A stretch of DNA of 64,000 bases from Macrostomum hystrix (lineage: Eukaryota > Animalia > Platyhelminthes). Both the position numbers and the translations under genes were made by a program. The stretch is from contig CATNEN010000005.1 in the NCBI GenBank assembly GCA_950097015.1, forward strand, positions 3,472,001 through 3,536,000. The letters are read 5' to 3'. Under the pieces are notes generated by a model, which saw only the letters and a program-made list of their open reading frames with translations, was not told where the DNA came from and ran no database searches. This document shows, one piece after another, positions 13,123 through 28,900 of this stretch (positions are counted from its first letter, which is position 1; each line of letters begins with the position of its first letter).

Positions 13123-16100
13123 ATGACAGAACTACCACTGATTCCTAAATGTCAGGGAATCATCTTTGACACTGGAAACATACTAACATGGAGTAGGTTG
13201 CGAAAGAAGCCTCTCATCTCGGGAACTGACGAGGTGAAATTTCCTTTTATATGCTTCTAATTAAAATAGTATGACTATGAGCTAACTGTGTTTAAATTTT
13301 CTGTGAAAGGGTTGCATGTCCATGTCCCTAGGAGGCTAGGACAATTGCTAGACCTCTTATTATTAGTAACTTAATGAGTTATAAACTCCTATTCCGGAGC
13401 TATGATTTATCTTGCCTTAATAGTCAGGGTGAGTGGCAGAGTAGGTTATACATAATTGTCTATTGCACTAAGGTCCAGTCTCCTTAGCAAATCTTGGAAT
13501 TTCAAAGTTTAGGAAAGGTTTGACACTATATAGGCTGTAGTTTTCATGGATAGAAAGTAGGAGAGATCTCACTATCATTGAGAAATCTAAAAGCCCAATC
13601 ATTTATCTGCTATATTTATGTTTTACCTATTGAAATCAAGTCATTCAATTAGCTATGAGACTAGCAATAACTTAAGTATAATGGGTGTAAAAAGTAGCAA
13701 TGTAATCCCATTCAACTGTGAGTATCAGAGTCTCTTAATCTGCTAATACACCTGTGAGTAATAAAAGCAGTGATGTATTCTAATAAAAGTGGCCAAAATT
13801 TTTAACACCTGAAACAACCTGAATTGTCTAGAAAAGTTGGTGAACCTCTAATTAATCAGCTATAATTATGATTGATTTCACCTGAAGTGAAGCTTTTTGA
13901 CTTAAATTAAGATAGACTCTTGTAGTTGGCATGTCCAATAGAATTTAGATATTTCTTATTATGCAAAAATATTTTCTACTTGCCATATTGTATGAATTTC
14001 AATCTTAAAAGACAAATCTTAAGCAAAATAATTTCAATTTGTTCATGGTTTTATGCATTTCTGTGATTTTATATGAAGTTCACATAGTTTTTTTGACTTG
14101 CTCAATTAATTTTGTTACACAATCTTTTTTGGCTTAATTGTCAAATGCATTGATTACTTTCTGCAAGAATTTTATCCTGGCTATGTAAAAGCTAACAAAT
14201 ATTGATACCAGAACAAATAAAATTAAGGCCTTTCAATGAATGCTAGTAAGCTAGAGATCAGCTAGATTTTTTCTGTGAGCTATGGTAGCATACTCAATAA
14301 TTAACTATTAATTATTAATTATTATATATTATATTATATTTTCTTTATTTCTTATTTATTATAAAAAATTATTTTTTATTAAGAATATAATATATCAAGG
14401 TATATAAAATAAATGCAACATTCCTTTTTCTATATTTTTCTGTCACAATATCAGGCCATAGTTATATACTAGTTGCCTAGAACTTGCTATTTTTTGATGC
14501 TCATATGATTGATTAGCTCTTCATCTCTATGAACAATCCGACATAGATTCTGGACAGCACTGACTCGCTAGTGAAGTGCTGGTTAAAGCGCCAAGATCTA
14601 GACTCACTCCAACGCTCCGATCTTCTCCGTGTCTGCTGCCCAATCCATGGCAATCAAGCTGAACTGGAGCGATCGCATATGACGCCAGAGCAGCGAGCCG
14701 AATTGAGGATTAATCTCAAGGTGCTTTTGTCTATGGTTACAATCCCAAGGAAGACAAAGCTTCTTTAGAGTAGCATTGATATAGCAGTTTGTGTACTCTT
14801 TCCTTTGCCATCCTATGTAATATTGCTAATACCTTATCGTTCTGATTTTGAATAGCTAAGCAGCTAAGATAAAGATAGCTACTAGTCTAAATGATTTTAA
14901 AACCCATTAATTACCATTAATTACCCATTAATTTCAAACCTCAGGTGACAATTTGGCCCGGTGATTATCGTCACGGCTCCATCCGGGAGGCTGTAGGAGA
15001 AGCCCTGGCGTCTCTATCGGCTACAGACTGCGACAGTGTTGTACTTAGCATCGCCGGCAATAGCTGGGTTAGACCGCCAGGCGGCGGACTGCTCCTAGAA
15101 GACGTGAAGCCGCTCTGGTTGGAATTGGAAGAACTGCTGGCCAATGACACGGTTGCTAGCCTGGGGGCGGCCGACTTCACGCCTGATTTGCTCGAGTCGC
15201 TTTACGCCTGGGCCCAGGTTAAGCCGCGCATTTGTCAGCTGCATACGCAGGTGAGACTAAGAGAGCAAGTGTGTAAAATAACTAGTGTCACGGAGACTGT
15301 TAGTGATAGTCTGGGATAATTGATAAGGATCTTGGCATGGTTAGTGAGGATCTGGGCATTGTTATTGAGGATTATTGAGGATCGTGGCATTAGTTAGTGA
15401 GCGTCTTGGAATATTAGTGAGGATCTTGGGAGAGCTATTGACGATTATGGATGATTCGTAAGGCTTTAGAATGGTTGGTGAGGATCTGGGATGCTTGGTG
15501 AGGATCTGGGATGTTTTGTAAGGATCTGGGATGCTTGGTGAGGATCTGGGATGCTTGGTGAGGATCTGGGATGCTTGGTGAGAATCTGGGATGCTTGGTG
15601 AGGATCTGGGATGTTTTGTAAGGATCTGGGATGCTTGGTGAGGAACTGGGATGTTTGGTGAGGATCTGGGATGCTTGTTGAGAATCTGGGATGTTTGGTA
15701 AGGATCTGGGATGCTTGGTGAGGATCTGGGATGCTTGGTGAGGATCTGGGATGTTTTGTGAGGATCTGGGATGCTTGGTGAGGATCTGGGATGCTTGGTG
15801 AGAATCTGGGATGCTTGGTGAGGATCTGGGATGCTTGGTGAGAATCTGGGATGCTTGGTGAGGATCTGGGATGCTTGGTGAGGAACTGGGATGCTAGTTA
15901 GAGGGTCTGAGATCCTTTATTAGGATCTGTAGTAATAGGTCGGTATGATCCAATGATCAGGGGATAGTTTATTAAGATATTAGGCGACCGATTGGTTGAC
16001 ACAGCTGTTTTCATGGGATCCTTATCTGGGGATTAAATTTTTCGTTTCCTCGCAGGTTGCCTGCACAACTCCGCTTCGCTTGCGCAATTTCGCCAGCGCC

Positions 16101-16325
16101 AATAATTTATTATTGCTGACGCACAGCGACAGTCCGGATCCGTTGCCTAGCGACCGATTGCAGAACTCCATCGCCGGCGCGTTCGGCAATCGAGAAGCGG
16201 ACGGCGCCGGCTGGCGACCTCGCTGGCTGGTCCGACTGTCAACTACGGTGCGCGATCGCGGGGTCGTCAAAACCTGGGGCTACGTCTACAAAGTTGAACG
16301 AGCCGGTCCTCGAGGAGGCTTTTAA
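13123..16325 (+). CDS. GCLM: Glutamate-cysteine ligase modifier (regulatory) subunit
   Basis: Exons 13123-13233, 14547-14720, 14945-15250 and 16056-16325 are all phase 0. The motifs TGNILTWSRLRKK, LYAWAQVKP, LLTHSD and WLVRLSTTVRDRGVVKTWGY match GCLM. Confidence 0.93.
15470..15895. repeat. Intronic minisatellite, 20-bp unit (aggatctgggatgcttggtg)
   Basis: Direct periodicity in GCLM intron 3. Confidence 0.95.
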
Positions 16326-16439
16326 ACCCGACACATTTTAGATCTGGTGCTGCAGAACTTCTAAAAATAGACAAACCTGTCTCTGTTATCCCATTTCTTC
16401 ACATCTTCCCTTAACCCTTTCTCTGCTCTTGCCCACTAA

Positions 16440-16590
16440 ATTCTGTCCCAGTCTTCATCAGCATCTCCTCTGCCACCAATATCTATCCCAGTCTTCATCA
16501 GCATCTATTCTGCCACCAATATCTGTCCCAGTCTTCATCAGCATCTCCTCTGCCACCAATATCTGTCCTAGTCTTCATCAGCATCTGCTC
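16440..16590. repeat. 40-bp tandem repeat, about 4 copies, downstream of the GCLM stop codon
   Basis: The (c)cagtcttcatcagcatct motif recurs every 40 bp. Confidence 0.85.
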
Positions 16591-19363
16591 CTCTAACCAT
16601 GTAACTGTCCTGTTTTCACAGTTCAGAATAGATCTATATTATTGTTCTTCTAGTAAGTTATTCAGGATTGTTTTGACAGTAAAACAGCCAAGGCCATGTT
16701 GCCTTTCAAAGCTGGTTAACTAAAACAAATGATACTTATATTAGCATAAGTTTTGCCTCCACGTGTCCAATGATATGTACGAAAGGTACTGAAATGTATT
16801 TTTTCAAAACAGAATAGCGAATTCTCTCTGCAGCCATCGGTATGCAAGTTTTAGCTCGTATTTATTCACTTTAAGGCACGTGGCGGCAGCTTAAGCAAGT
16901 AAATAAAAGACTTGTAGCAATATTTTTCTCTTTAATCGCTTGAAATATTTTCATACTGTCCTACTGCACTTTGTAGGAGTGAGATTTTTTAGTTTTTTTT
17001 TCAAATGATATATGTGCAGGCACACTACTGACAGTAGCTTCATGTCTTCTTTAAATAGCTACATATTTTATCGTTCATAAACTTATAACAGATGTTTCCA
17101 GCAATATCCCAGGTACTTTAGCTAGCGATTAAAATAGATTCCAGATGAAATGCTTTGGTAGGGCGGTCCTACCCGGCTTCATTTCCGATTATTCAATAAA
17201 CTTCTATTTCCAAGCATTTCTCTTTCCGATGCTCGATTATGTGAAGACTACTTTTTATTAGAATCGTATTTTCCTATACGAACATTATTGATCTTATGTG
17301 GCTTAGTTTTCAATGGATCAATATCTTTCAGTTCTGTTTTGTTTGGCAGGACTCGCGAATAATATTTTTTCTTATTGCAATCCAGATAATTTTTTGTATT
17401 CGATTGCTTTATCACTTAAACGCGCGCCAAAGCATTATAACAAAACGTGCGCTTATTCAAATAAAGAAGACATTTTCTTTTAATGTTTTCTATTATAAAC
17501 GAACTATATACAGTGAGTTCTATTTCAACTCCATAAATGGAAATAAAGTTCATGGTTTGAGAAAAAATGTTTAATAATTTTGTCTTTTTTTATCTTTTAA
17601 TTTAGATGTTGCTTGGCCTGGTAAATTCTTTATCGTATGAATAATTTTTTTAACAGTTTAAAAAACGTTTTGAAAAAAATATATAAGGTCAAAGTTATAG
17701 CTTTTTTCTTATCAAGTTTTAAATTTGAACTGTACAATATCAATTCGAAAACCTGCTAAAATGCACTCAAATAGATAACAAGTGTGATTAGAAGCACTAT
17801 GACACACCCGCTGGTAGCACGTGGATCTGGTTGTCATAGAAACTGTAGTTAAGAATCTAGAATTTTAGTCTAGGAAGTTTTTGCTTCGAGATGACACTGT
17901 GCAAACTTCATAAAAATGTCCGTTTCCATAGTGACTGCGACAAGGCTATGTGCACTAAGAGAAAGGACGAAATCTTCTGAATCCAGTGTTTTTGTTAAGA
18001 CTTAAGAGTAAAGCCAATATTTTTCACGACAAATTTTTTAATTCATTTTTCCATTTCAATGTGTCGTGAAACCACTTCAAGTAAACCCGACGTAAAATAC
18101 AGCTAATGTTTAGTACAGATCATTAAATTTACTAACACGCATTGCAGACACTACTGTAAGCAGTAGAGAAAATGAAAGTTTGACGTAACTCTTACTTCTC
18201 TGCTGGGACAAAAAACTAATCGCGATGAAATCTTCTCTAAACGCGGATTATAGTTCAAATTCACACTGGCTTAACGCGCCTTCGGATATATTTATAGATT
18301 TACTTTATTATAGATAAAATTTTTATTTGAAGAAAAAACGACCACACGGTTTCGTCAAACTCAGACTATAGGTAGTAAATTAAGGAATATTTGCATCAAG
18401 AAATTAATATTTTAATGAAACAAACAACTAGGCATATTGACGTTGGGCTTGGAGAAGGGCAATGGGAAACGAGCACAAAATGATGAGCATGAATTAGTTT
18501 CGGGAATATTATGATTTGAGAGCTCTGATCTCAAATCGATTATGACACTCGGTGGGATGAAAATGTACTATAATTTTAAACAAATAAAGAAGACAGGAAA
18601 AAAACGGTAATAGCTAATGTCCTCAGAAGAAGCCGAACCCAAACAAAAAGAAAACTGAATTGACCTAAGAAACAATGGGAGCGGACTGGAAAAAATGCGC
18701 CATTAGCAGAACAGACACAAAACAGTTTATATAGTCTAGAGCTTAGATTTAGCCGAATGAATAATTATTCTTATCCGTACTATTGCTGCTGCTGCTGCTG
18801 TTGCTATACTGATGTTTTTGCTTTGTCTACAATTCGATACAGCTGTATTATCAGCTGATTTACTCGCAAATAAAACAGGTTGGCAATCTGGGAAAATTGC
18901 AAAAAAAAACGGTGACAGTAGGGAAATGACAAAGTAGGGAAATTTTAATGGCCACAGAGGTAAAGTATTTTTTGTTAGACCATGTTAACTATTATTTAAT
19001 AATTTTAAGATCTAACGAGAGAGAAGAGGCCACTCAATGACTGGCAATAGAGTACAAATAAAAAGACAAAAAACACTGCATATCACTGCGTACGGTACGG
19101 TTGATTTTCGCCTGTGTGTGTGTATGCGAATAGTTGCTTTTCATTCCAATGCGGGCCAATATGAATATGAATGAATTTTCGAACGAAAAAAAGAGAAGAG
19201 AGCATCCGACACACTGTAGAAGGAAACAAGCAAGATTCAAAAAAGCAAAACAAACAAACACACAAACACAGACAATGAGACAGATGGAAATCGAACTGAA
19301 GCCTTTACTCTCGCTTATTGCAGAGATCGTCTTATTGCTAACAGTCTTCAAGGTTGCACACTT

Positions 19364-21998
<2,635 letters not shown>

Positions 21999-23089
21999 GA
22001 TCTGAAACTGTTTAATTTATACAGATGAGTATAAAAAGAAAATGTTGTAATTATCAGCAAAAATATGCTTTACATTAAAAGCTACTCTAAAAAAATATGC
22101 AATAGTATATATTTTCATGATAGCATTGAAAATTACCTAATTTAAGCTCTTTGCATAATGCATAACACAAGCTAGACTAGGTAATAGAATGTAAAAAATA
22201 GTCTACAAATTTTTGTTGTTAAATTAAACTTTATATTTACTTTTTTATATACTCTTTTACTTATTTTAATATAGGCTTGAATTTTTTCAGAGACGAAATA
22301 AGCAACTATAGCTAGCTTAAATACAAAAGAAACAACAAATACTTAAAATGACTATAACTAGCTACTTTTATTATAATTAGCTTGTTAAATAGTTTTTTTA
22401 AATATAATTCTGCACAAATAAACTATATTGGCAATATATCTATTTCTCTTGTCTCAAGCTTAATAGTCAGAAATGCTAGAACTAGGCCAAACTAGGCCTA
22501 GCAAAAAATAAATACATTAGGCTGATGTCTTAGCTAGTACAAAATGTAAGTCAATAGGCCTAGTTCCTAACATACTAGAGCCAAAAGCAAAACGAAGAAA
22601 TGAATAATAATTTTGCTAAATAGGATATTTAAGGATAGTCAGCTAGGTATCAATCCCTGTTACATGTGCTAGCTAGCTCGCTCATATAGCTATATAGCTA
22701 AACATGGACATGGCTAGGTAGGTATGTCGGACTATTAGTAGACAAAAGGAAAAACCATGCTAAACAGATGGCTTTTGATGCACTCTACAGTTCTTGACAG
22801 CTGGATTTTAATGTAGCGATCAGAGCGATTGTAGATAATGTGGCAAGAGCCATGAGGCAGACTGGCTGTGGCTAGGACCGAGTTGCAGGTCGCAGAACAG
22901 GACTGCTGTGGTACTGACAGTGAGTCACAGGTACTGCAAGTCTGAAATGACTCTTTCTAGACAGGACAAGTCTTAAACTTCTTTGATTTAGCAGATTTTG
23001 CTACTTCAGCTGCAATAAATAAAATATGTGTCTTCAGGCAAATGCCACCTTATATTTCACAGCTTCGACAAGAAAAAGAGGAGCACAGC

Positions 23090-23218
23090 TTTATAAAGCA
23101 GTCGCAATCTGCTTGGCTAAGCTCAATTCACACTAAAAGACTGCACAATTCAAATTGGCGCGAAAACCAACTTTAACATTTTTATGTTGACGTGTCGCTC
23201 GTGGTGCGCTGCTATTGG
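23090..23218 (-). promoter_or_regulatory. BiP promoter: ERSE (CCAAT-N9-CCACG), adjacent UPRE-like TGACGTGT, and TATA box
   Basis: The minus strand reads CCAATagcagcgcaCCACG at 23218-23200 (spacer exactly 9 nt). TGACGTGT lies at 23188-23195 and TATAAA at 23095-23090. The site is about 1.1 kb upstream of the ATG, across a probable 5' UTR intron ending at tttcag just before the ATG. Confidence 0.8.
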
Positions 23219-23664
23219 CTGGCATTTCTCAGAAAGACAGTTCATGACGTTTTCATACCAGCATTTTTTCTAAATTTATACCTCAACCACTCGTTACCCT
23301 ACTGAAAGTAAAAATATGGAGATTATACTAAGAAAAGAGTAAGCAGCATTATTTTTATACGAAAATGTAAAATCTTTTCTTTCACATACAAAATTGCTAT
23401 ACCCATTTTTGCATTCGTATTTCATAAATTAAAATTAAAAAAATTAATAAAGTGCTTCACATAATAGATACGTTAGTTAAAGCGCCAGAAATGGGCAGCT
23501 TTTTTTGCAAATCTACACAATATAATCTGCTTGTTTTACATACTCTTATACGTTGTCAGATGAGAGAATTACTCTCACCTACTAGGTTACAATGAGCAAT
23601 GACAAGAGCATCATTGTTGCTGCTTATAAACATACGTTTATCTAATGGCTTAAAAGTAATAAAC

Positions 23665-23850
23665 TACGAGGGCTGTCCCAAAACCCTGTCACTTTAATCG
23701 TATATTTTGTTCTGCAATGGTCCAAGTGATGTGAGAATTTTCACAGCCCAACCTGAATCCTATAGATGAGGACTCGAGCGATGGCTTACAGGCTGGATAT
23801 TCCACGATCAACACTTCATCGAAGCCTCACCAACTTGTTGATTAACTGCA
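23665..23850 (+). mobile_element. Degenerate Tc1/mariner relic (left end plus HTH fragment)
   Basis: It begins TACGAGGGCTGTCCCAAAA, resembling a mariner-type TIR after TA. The translation TRAMAYRLDIPRSTLHRSL resembles a mariner HTH. No right end was found. Confidence 0.45.
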
Positions 23851-24649
23851 AGTCTATGGTCATAACTCTGTTCCCTTTTTCGTCCATAACTTTAGCTTCC
23901 CTAGTCAGTTTTAAAAGATTAAAAGTTATTATATGTAATAATTTGATTAGAAATTTAATCATTTCAATAGCTTTAGTCAGCAAAAAATCGAGACCAAGCT
24001 TGTCATCCACTTTATTGTACGGACGTACGGTAAAGAAAATACAATAATACTGACACAATCAGGGCTAATCATGTCGTATTAGCTAATAAGTAGTATTTAG
24101 TGCGAAGTTGAAGCTGATTCTGCAGAGTTTATCAAAAATATTTTTTACAGATTAAATTATTAAATAATTAAAGAACTGCTGTGGACGCATAAAAACGCAT
24201 ATACCATCGCCAGATTAGACGGAATCATCAAATTAGTACCAATTTAGCACCTTGAACTTTCAAGAGAACTTCACAGATTTACGCAATTACAGTAGTGCAT
24301 AAGTGTTCCAATTTTCAAAAATTACCATGCAAAAAAGTGCGCGAGAAAAAAACAAAAAAGGAAACACAGCTGATATAAAATATTTTGGAAAATAGTAAGA
24401 ATCTGAAGTAAACAATGAAATCAGCTGATAGTTTGCCATTTATCTTACTTCTATTGAATAATTAGCTGAACTGCATGAAAAAAATATACGAATATTGCAT
24501 TTTGCATCGCAAGGCTTCAGATTTCAGATGAGTGGCTTTTTTAATCTAATATTATCACTTTTAAGCTTAAACTGAGGGTTAGAATGGTGACTATATAGCT
24601 CTGGTAAGAGAAGCTTGTACATATAGGGATTTGAAAGGACTGTTGGTCA

Positions 24650-25230
24650 ATCTGAGGATTTGGGATGTCGCTGCTTGATCTGAGGATTTGGGATGTCGCT
24701 GCTTGATCTGAGGATTTGGGATGGTTGCTGCTAGATCTGAGGATTTGGGATGGTCGCTGCTTGATCTGAGGATTTGGGATGGTTGCTGCTTGATCTGAGG
24801 ATTTGGGATGGTCGCAGCTTGATCTGAGGATTTGGGATGGTCGCTGCTTGCTCTGAGGATTTGGGATGGTTGCTACTTGAACTGAGGATTTGGGATGGTT
24901 GATGCTTGATCTGAGGATTTGGGATGGTTGCTACTTGATCTGAGGATTTGGGATGGTTGCTACTTGATCTGAGGATTTGGGATGGTCGCTGCTTGCTCTG
25001 AGGATTTGGGATGGTTGCTACTTGATCTGAGGATTTGGGATGGTTGCTACTTGATCTGAGGATTTGGGATGGTTGCTGCTTGATCTGAGGATTTAGGATG
25101 GTTGCTACTTGATCTGAGGATTTGGGATGGTCGCTGCTTGATCTGAGGATTTGGGATGGTTGCTGCTTGATCTGAGGATTTAGGATGGTTGCTACTTGAT
25201 CTGAGGATTTGGAAGGTGCCTTCTTAATCT
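24650..25230. repeat. Minisatellite, 29-bp unit (gatctgaggatttgggatggttgctgctt)
   Basis: gatctgagg occurs at 24792, 24821 and onward. Confidence 0.95.
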
Positions 25231-25929
25231 GAGAATTTTGAGGGTCTTAATTAGAACTCAGAATATCATTGATACTGAAGCAAGAAGCTTAGCGATTTAA
25301 TCGCTTGTTTAGAAAAAAATATTCCACAACAAAAAGAGCAGCTTCGAGAAACGCGAAAATCAAATTAACAGCAGCTGGCTTAAATCTCTATAGAGCACTG
25401 ATTTTAATTTACTCGTTGAAAATAAAGCCAATTATTACCACTTCGACTATAGCAGACAAATACTTGTAAATAGAGAAAGATTAACTCAATCATAGAAAGA
25501 AAAAGCAGATTTACAATGAAAGCTAGAAACTAAATCGGCGCACTGAGATCCTTGATTCATTTCTGCGACTACGTAAATTTATTTTAATACATATCAGTAG
25601 TAAGAAAAGTAAATAGCAGTCATAATAAAATACTTTGTTATATTGACGAGCGAATCATTTTAAGACAATCAATTTTAGTCTGACGGCAAGGAAAAACTTT
25701 TAATGTGCGTTTAAAATAATTTGAGATAATTGCTTAAATACAATTTATTTTTCCAGCTTTACGTATTTTTCTAATTGATTTAAACAAAAATTTATAATTT
25801 CCGTGCTCTTTCAGCTGAAAATTTTCCGTCACAGTTCTGCAGTGTTAAAAAATCAGCAAATCGTATTTTAGTGTTTCTTTAACTGAATTGCAAAGAAAAA
25901 ACTCGCTTTTAAAAAGACAAAACGTCAAC

Positions 25930-28900
25930 TCAATCATCCCTACAGGCGGCGGCATCGGCGGCCGCTTTCTCCATTTCTTCCAGACGGCGCCTTTCAGCTG
26001 CGGATCGATTTAAAACACCATTCATGCGCTTCAGATCCCACAGGTAGATTACGGAACAGAAGATCAAGGTGAGACAGAGCCACATTAGAAAGAAGACTTC
26101 TAGCATTAGGTAGCCCTTAGAGTCAACAATGGCTCCAGTGGCAATATTGACGCAGGCTAAGCCAAGGTTCTGCACAGATTGCATAATACCATAGGCTGTG
26201 CCCAGCATTTTAGCTGGCACACAATAGGATACCAACGGCCACAATGACGATGCCAAGATGCTGTAGCTAATGCCGAACCAAACCATCAGGGCGTAGGGAT
26301 TGAGAGTGTAGGTGAATGCCAGACAGGCGTGACAGCCAAGCGTCATGGCAACGCCCAGCATAACCCAGAACAGATTGCGACCAGTTCTGTCAATTAGAAA
26401 GCCGCAGACTGGGCTAGCAAAGGCGCTAACAATGTAGGGCACACTGACAACAGCGTCTGAGGCGTCAGGCGTCATTTGATAGCGCCTAAGGAAGAACACT
26501 TCGCCAAGGCTGATAAATGGGAACACTGTGACGTAGAAGCATACACAGATTGCGCACAGTAGCCAGATAGACACTGGGAATTGGGAGATGTCTCTCAATT
26601 CGATCTTTTCTCCTGTTGCAGCGGCCTAGTTTTATTTAGGGAGAAAAAAATTATTAACTGAGATCTATGAATAAGTATGGGCGACTTACACGGGATATTT
26701 CATCTGATAAGGGACTGAGGGACAATATTAAACCAGCTGAGTGAATTGTCTCAAAACAGCTAAGGGATTATCTCAAACCAGCTAAGGGATAATCTCAAAC
26801 CAGCTAAGGGATTATCTCAAACCAGCTAAGGGATAATCTCAAACCAGCTAGGGTATTATCTCAAACCAGCTAGGGTATTATCTCAAACCAGCTAAGGGAT
26901 AATCTCAAACCAGCTAAGGGATTATCTCAAACCAGCTAAGGGATAATCTCAAACCAGCTAAGGGATAATCTCAAACCAGCTAGGGTACTATCTCAAACCA
27001 GCTAAGGGATAATCTCAAACCAGCTAAGGTATTATCTCAAACCAGCTAGGGTATTATCTCAAACCAGCTAATGGGATTTTCTTAACCAGCTTAGGGATAA
27101 TCTCAAACCAGCTAAGAGATAATATTAAACTAGCAGAGGGGAAACTCTTAAATGAACTGAAGGGATAATCTTAATCAAGTTTAAAGGACAAATAATACGA
27201 ATCAAAAGCAATGTCGCATCACCTCCTGTCTAAGCATGCGCTTAGCCCGTCGATCGATAAAGCCCAGCAGTACAGTGCAGATGACAGAGAATAGGCAGGT
27301 GCTAGAAGCAATCAACAATACAACTCCCATGTGATGCGTGGGCGTCAAATCCTTAAAAATATGCGATTTGTATATAGGCTGCATGACATTCATATTAACG
27401 GTGCTACCAATACGGGACATGCTGAGCAGGATGCCAAACACCATGTTGAGCTCGCGTCCAAAGAACCAGGATGTTGCATAGGCATTCTGAGCAACGGCCA
27501 AACTTTCGCCTCCAATGCCAAACAGGAACCTGGCTAGGTACATGACCCAGAGACTATTATTAAAAGCGCCCAGAGCGAACACAAGTTGGCCAACTAGACA
27601 GAAAGAGGCGAATATGAAAGCACCCAGCCTGATGCCAAACACACGGTCGATAAGGAATCCTCCAACCATGGCTAGAATAACATTAGGCCAAGAGTACCAA
27701 GAGTACAGGGCCGAATACTGGCCAGTTGTTAAGCCCAGCTTTTCAATGAACAAATCCTGCAACGCGGCCGGATTGTCATAGCAGAAATAGGAGCCAAATG
27801 ATAGAAAACACATCACAGACAGGGCTAGGTAGCGGTGTAGACTATTCTTTGGGTTGCAGCATTTCTCAGGTTGGCAGCCTTTGAATAAAAAAATAAAAAG
27901 ATGTTTACTGCAAGCAAGGCCATAGGCCAAGGACATAGCAAGGCCATGTTAGTAGCACAAATCCTTACAAGATAGAATTAAAGATAGTCTATCAAAGTCC
28001 CTCAAAAAATCTAGAGAAATGTATATGCACAATAATTATTATATACTGAAATGCTTTAATAATGTAAAAAATAACTAGTAATTATAACATCACATAACTT
28101 CTTTATTTCTTATTTCTTTTCTTCAAAAAACTAGAAGATACACACTTATAAAATGGGCACAAAAATTGAAGTACATAATATTATAAGTTCTTAATGTTCT
28201 TTTATGAATTATGAATACATTGTACAGAGATAAACAAGTACAGTTCAGGCATAAATAGCTTTTGAACTGTATAATGTATTGATGTCATACAGTATGACAA
28301 TTAAAAAACTGAGTGAATAGATGCCATGCACAAAAAATAGGATGAAAAGCTGCTCTGCCACACAAGTGCTCTGAATATTTAAACTAGGTCTAGACTGATA
28401 CAATAATGTCAATAAAATTCGTTTTAACAGGTAAATAAAACATTAAAAAGAACAGTAGAAAAGTACTAGCAACTGGGACCCCCTTTGGGGGAAGAAGATC
28501 AGGCTTAAAAGCCCCGAGAAGAATATAAATTTTAAATATGCAACTTCACAACTTGATAGATCACTTAGATGCTTTTCCCTAGATGGATCAGGATTTTCCA
28601 TCGAGAATTCATGCTTCCCCTTCAATAATTTGTGCTTTTACTTGATAACTTTTTATTCCCTTTAATATTTTCACACTTTTCCTTTTGATAATTCATGCTT
28701 TCGCCTAAATAATTAGTCCTTTCCCATCAATAATTCATGATTTGCCTTGATAATTTAGGCTTGATAATCCATGCTCCCTCTACAATAATTCATGATTTCC
28801 ATTCTATAATTTGTGCCTTCACTTAATAACTTATTCTTCCCCTTAATATATTACGCTTTCCCTTTTGATAATTCATGTTCTCCATTGATAATTGATACCC

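Noticed and set aside
19034-19351. Hydrophobic 105-aa ORF downstream of BiP
   Set aside because: It is low-complexity T/GT-rich 3' UTR sequence with no coding signature.
24650-27170. CRISPR-like repeat arrays
   Set aside because: The units are contiguous with no unique spacers, the context is eukaryotic, and there are no cas genes.
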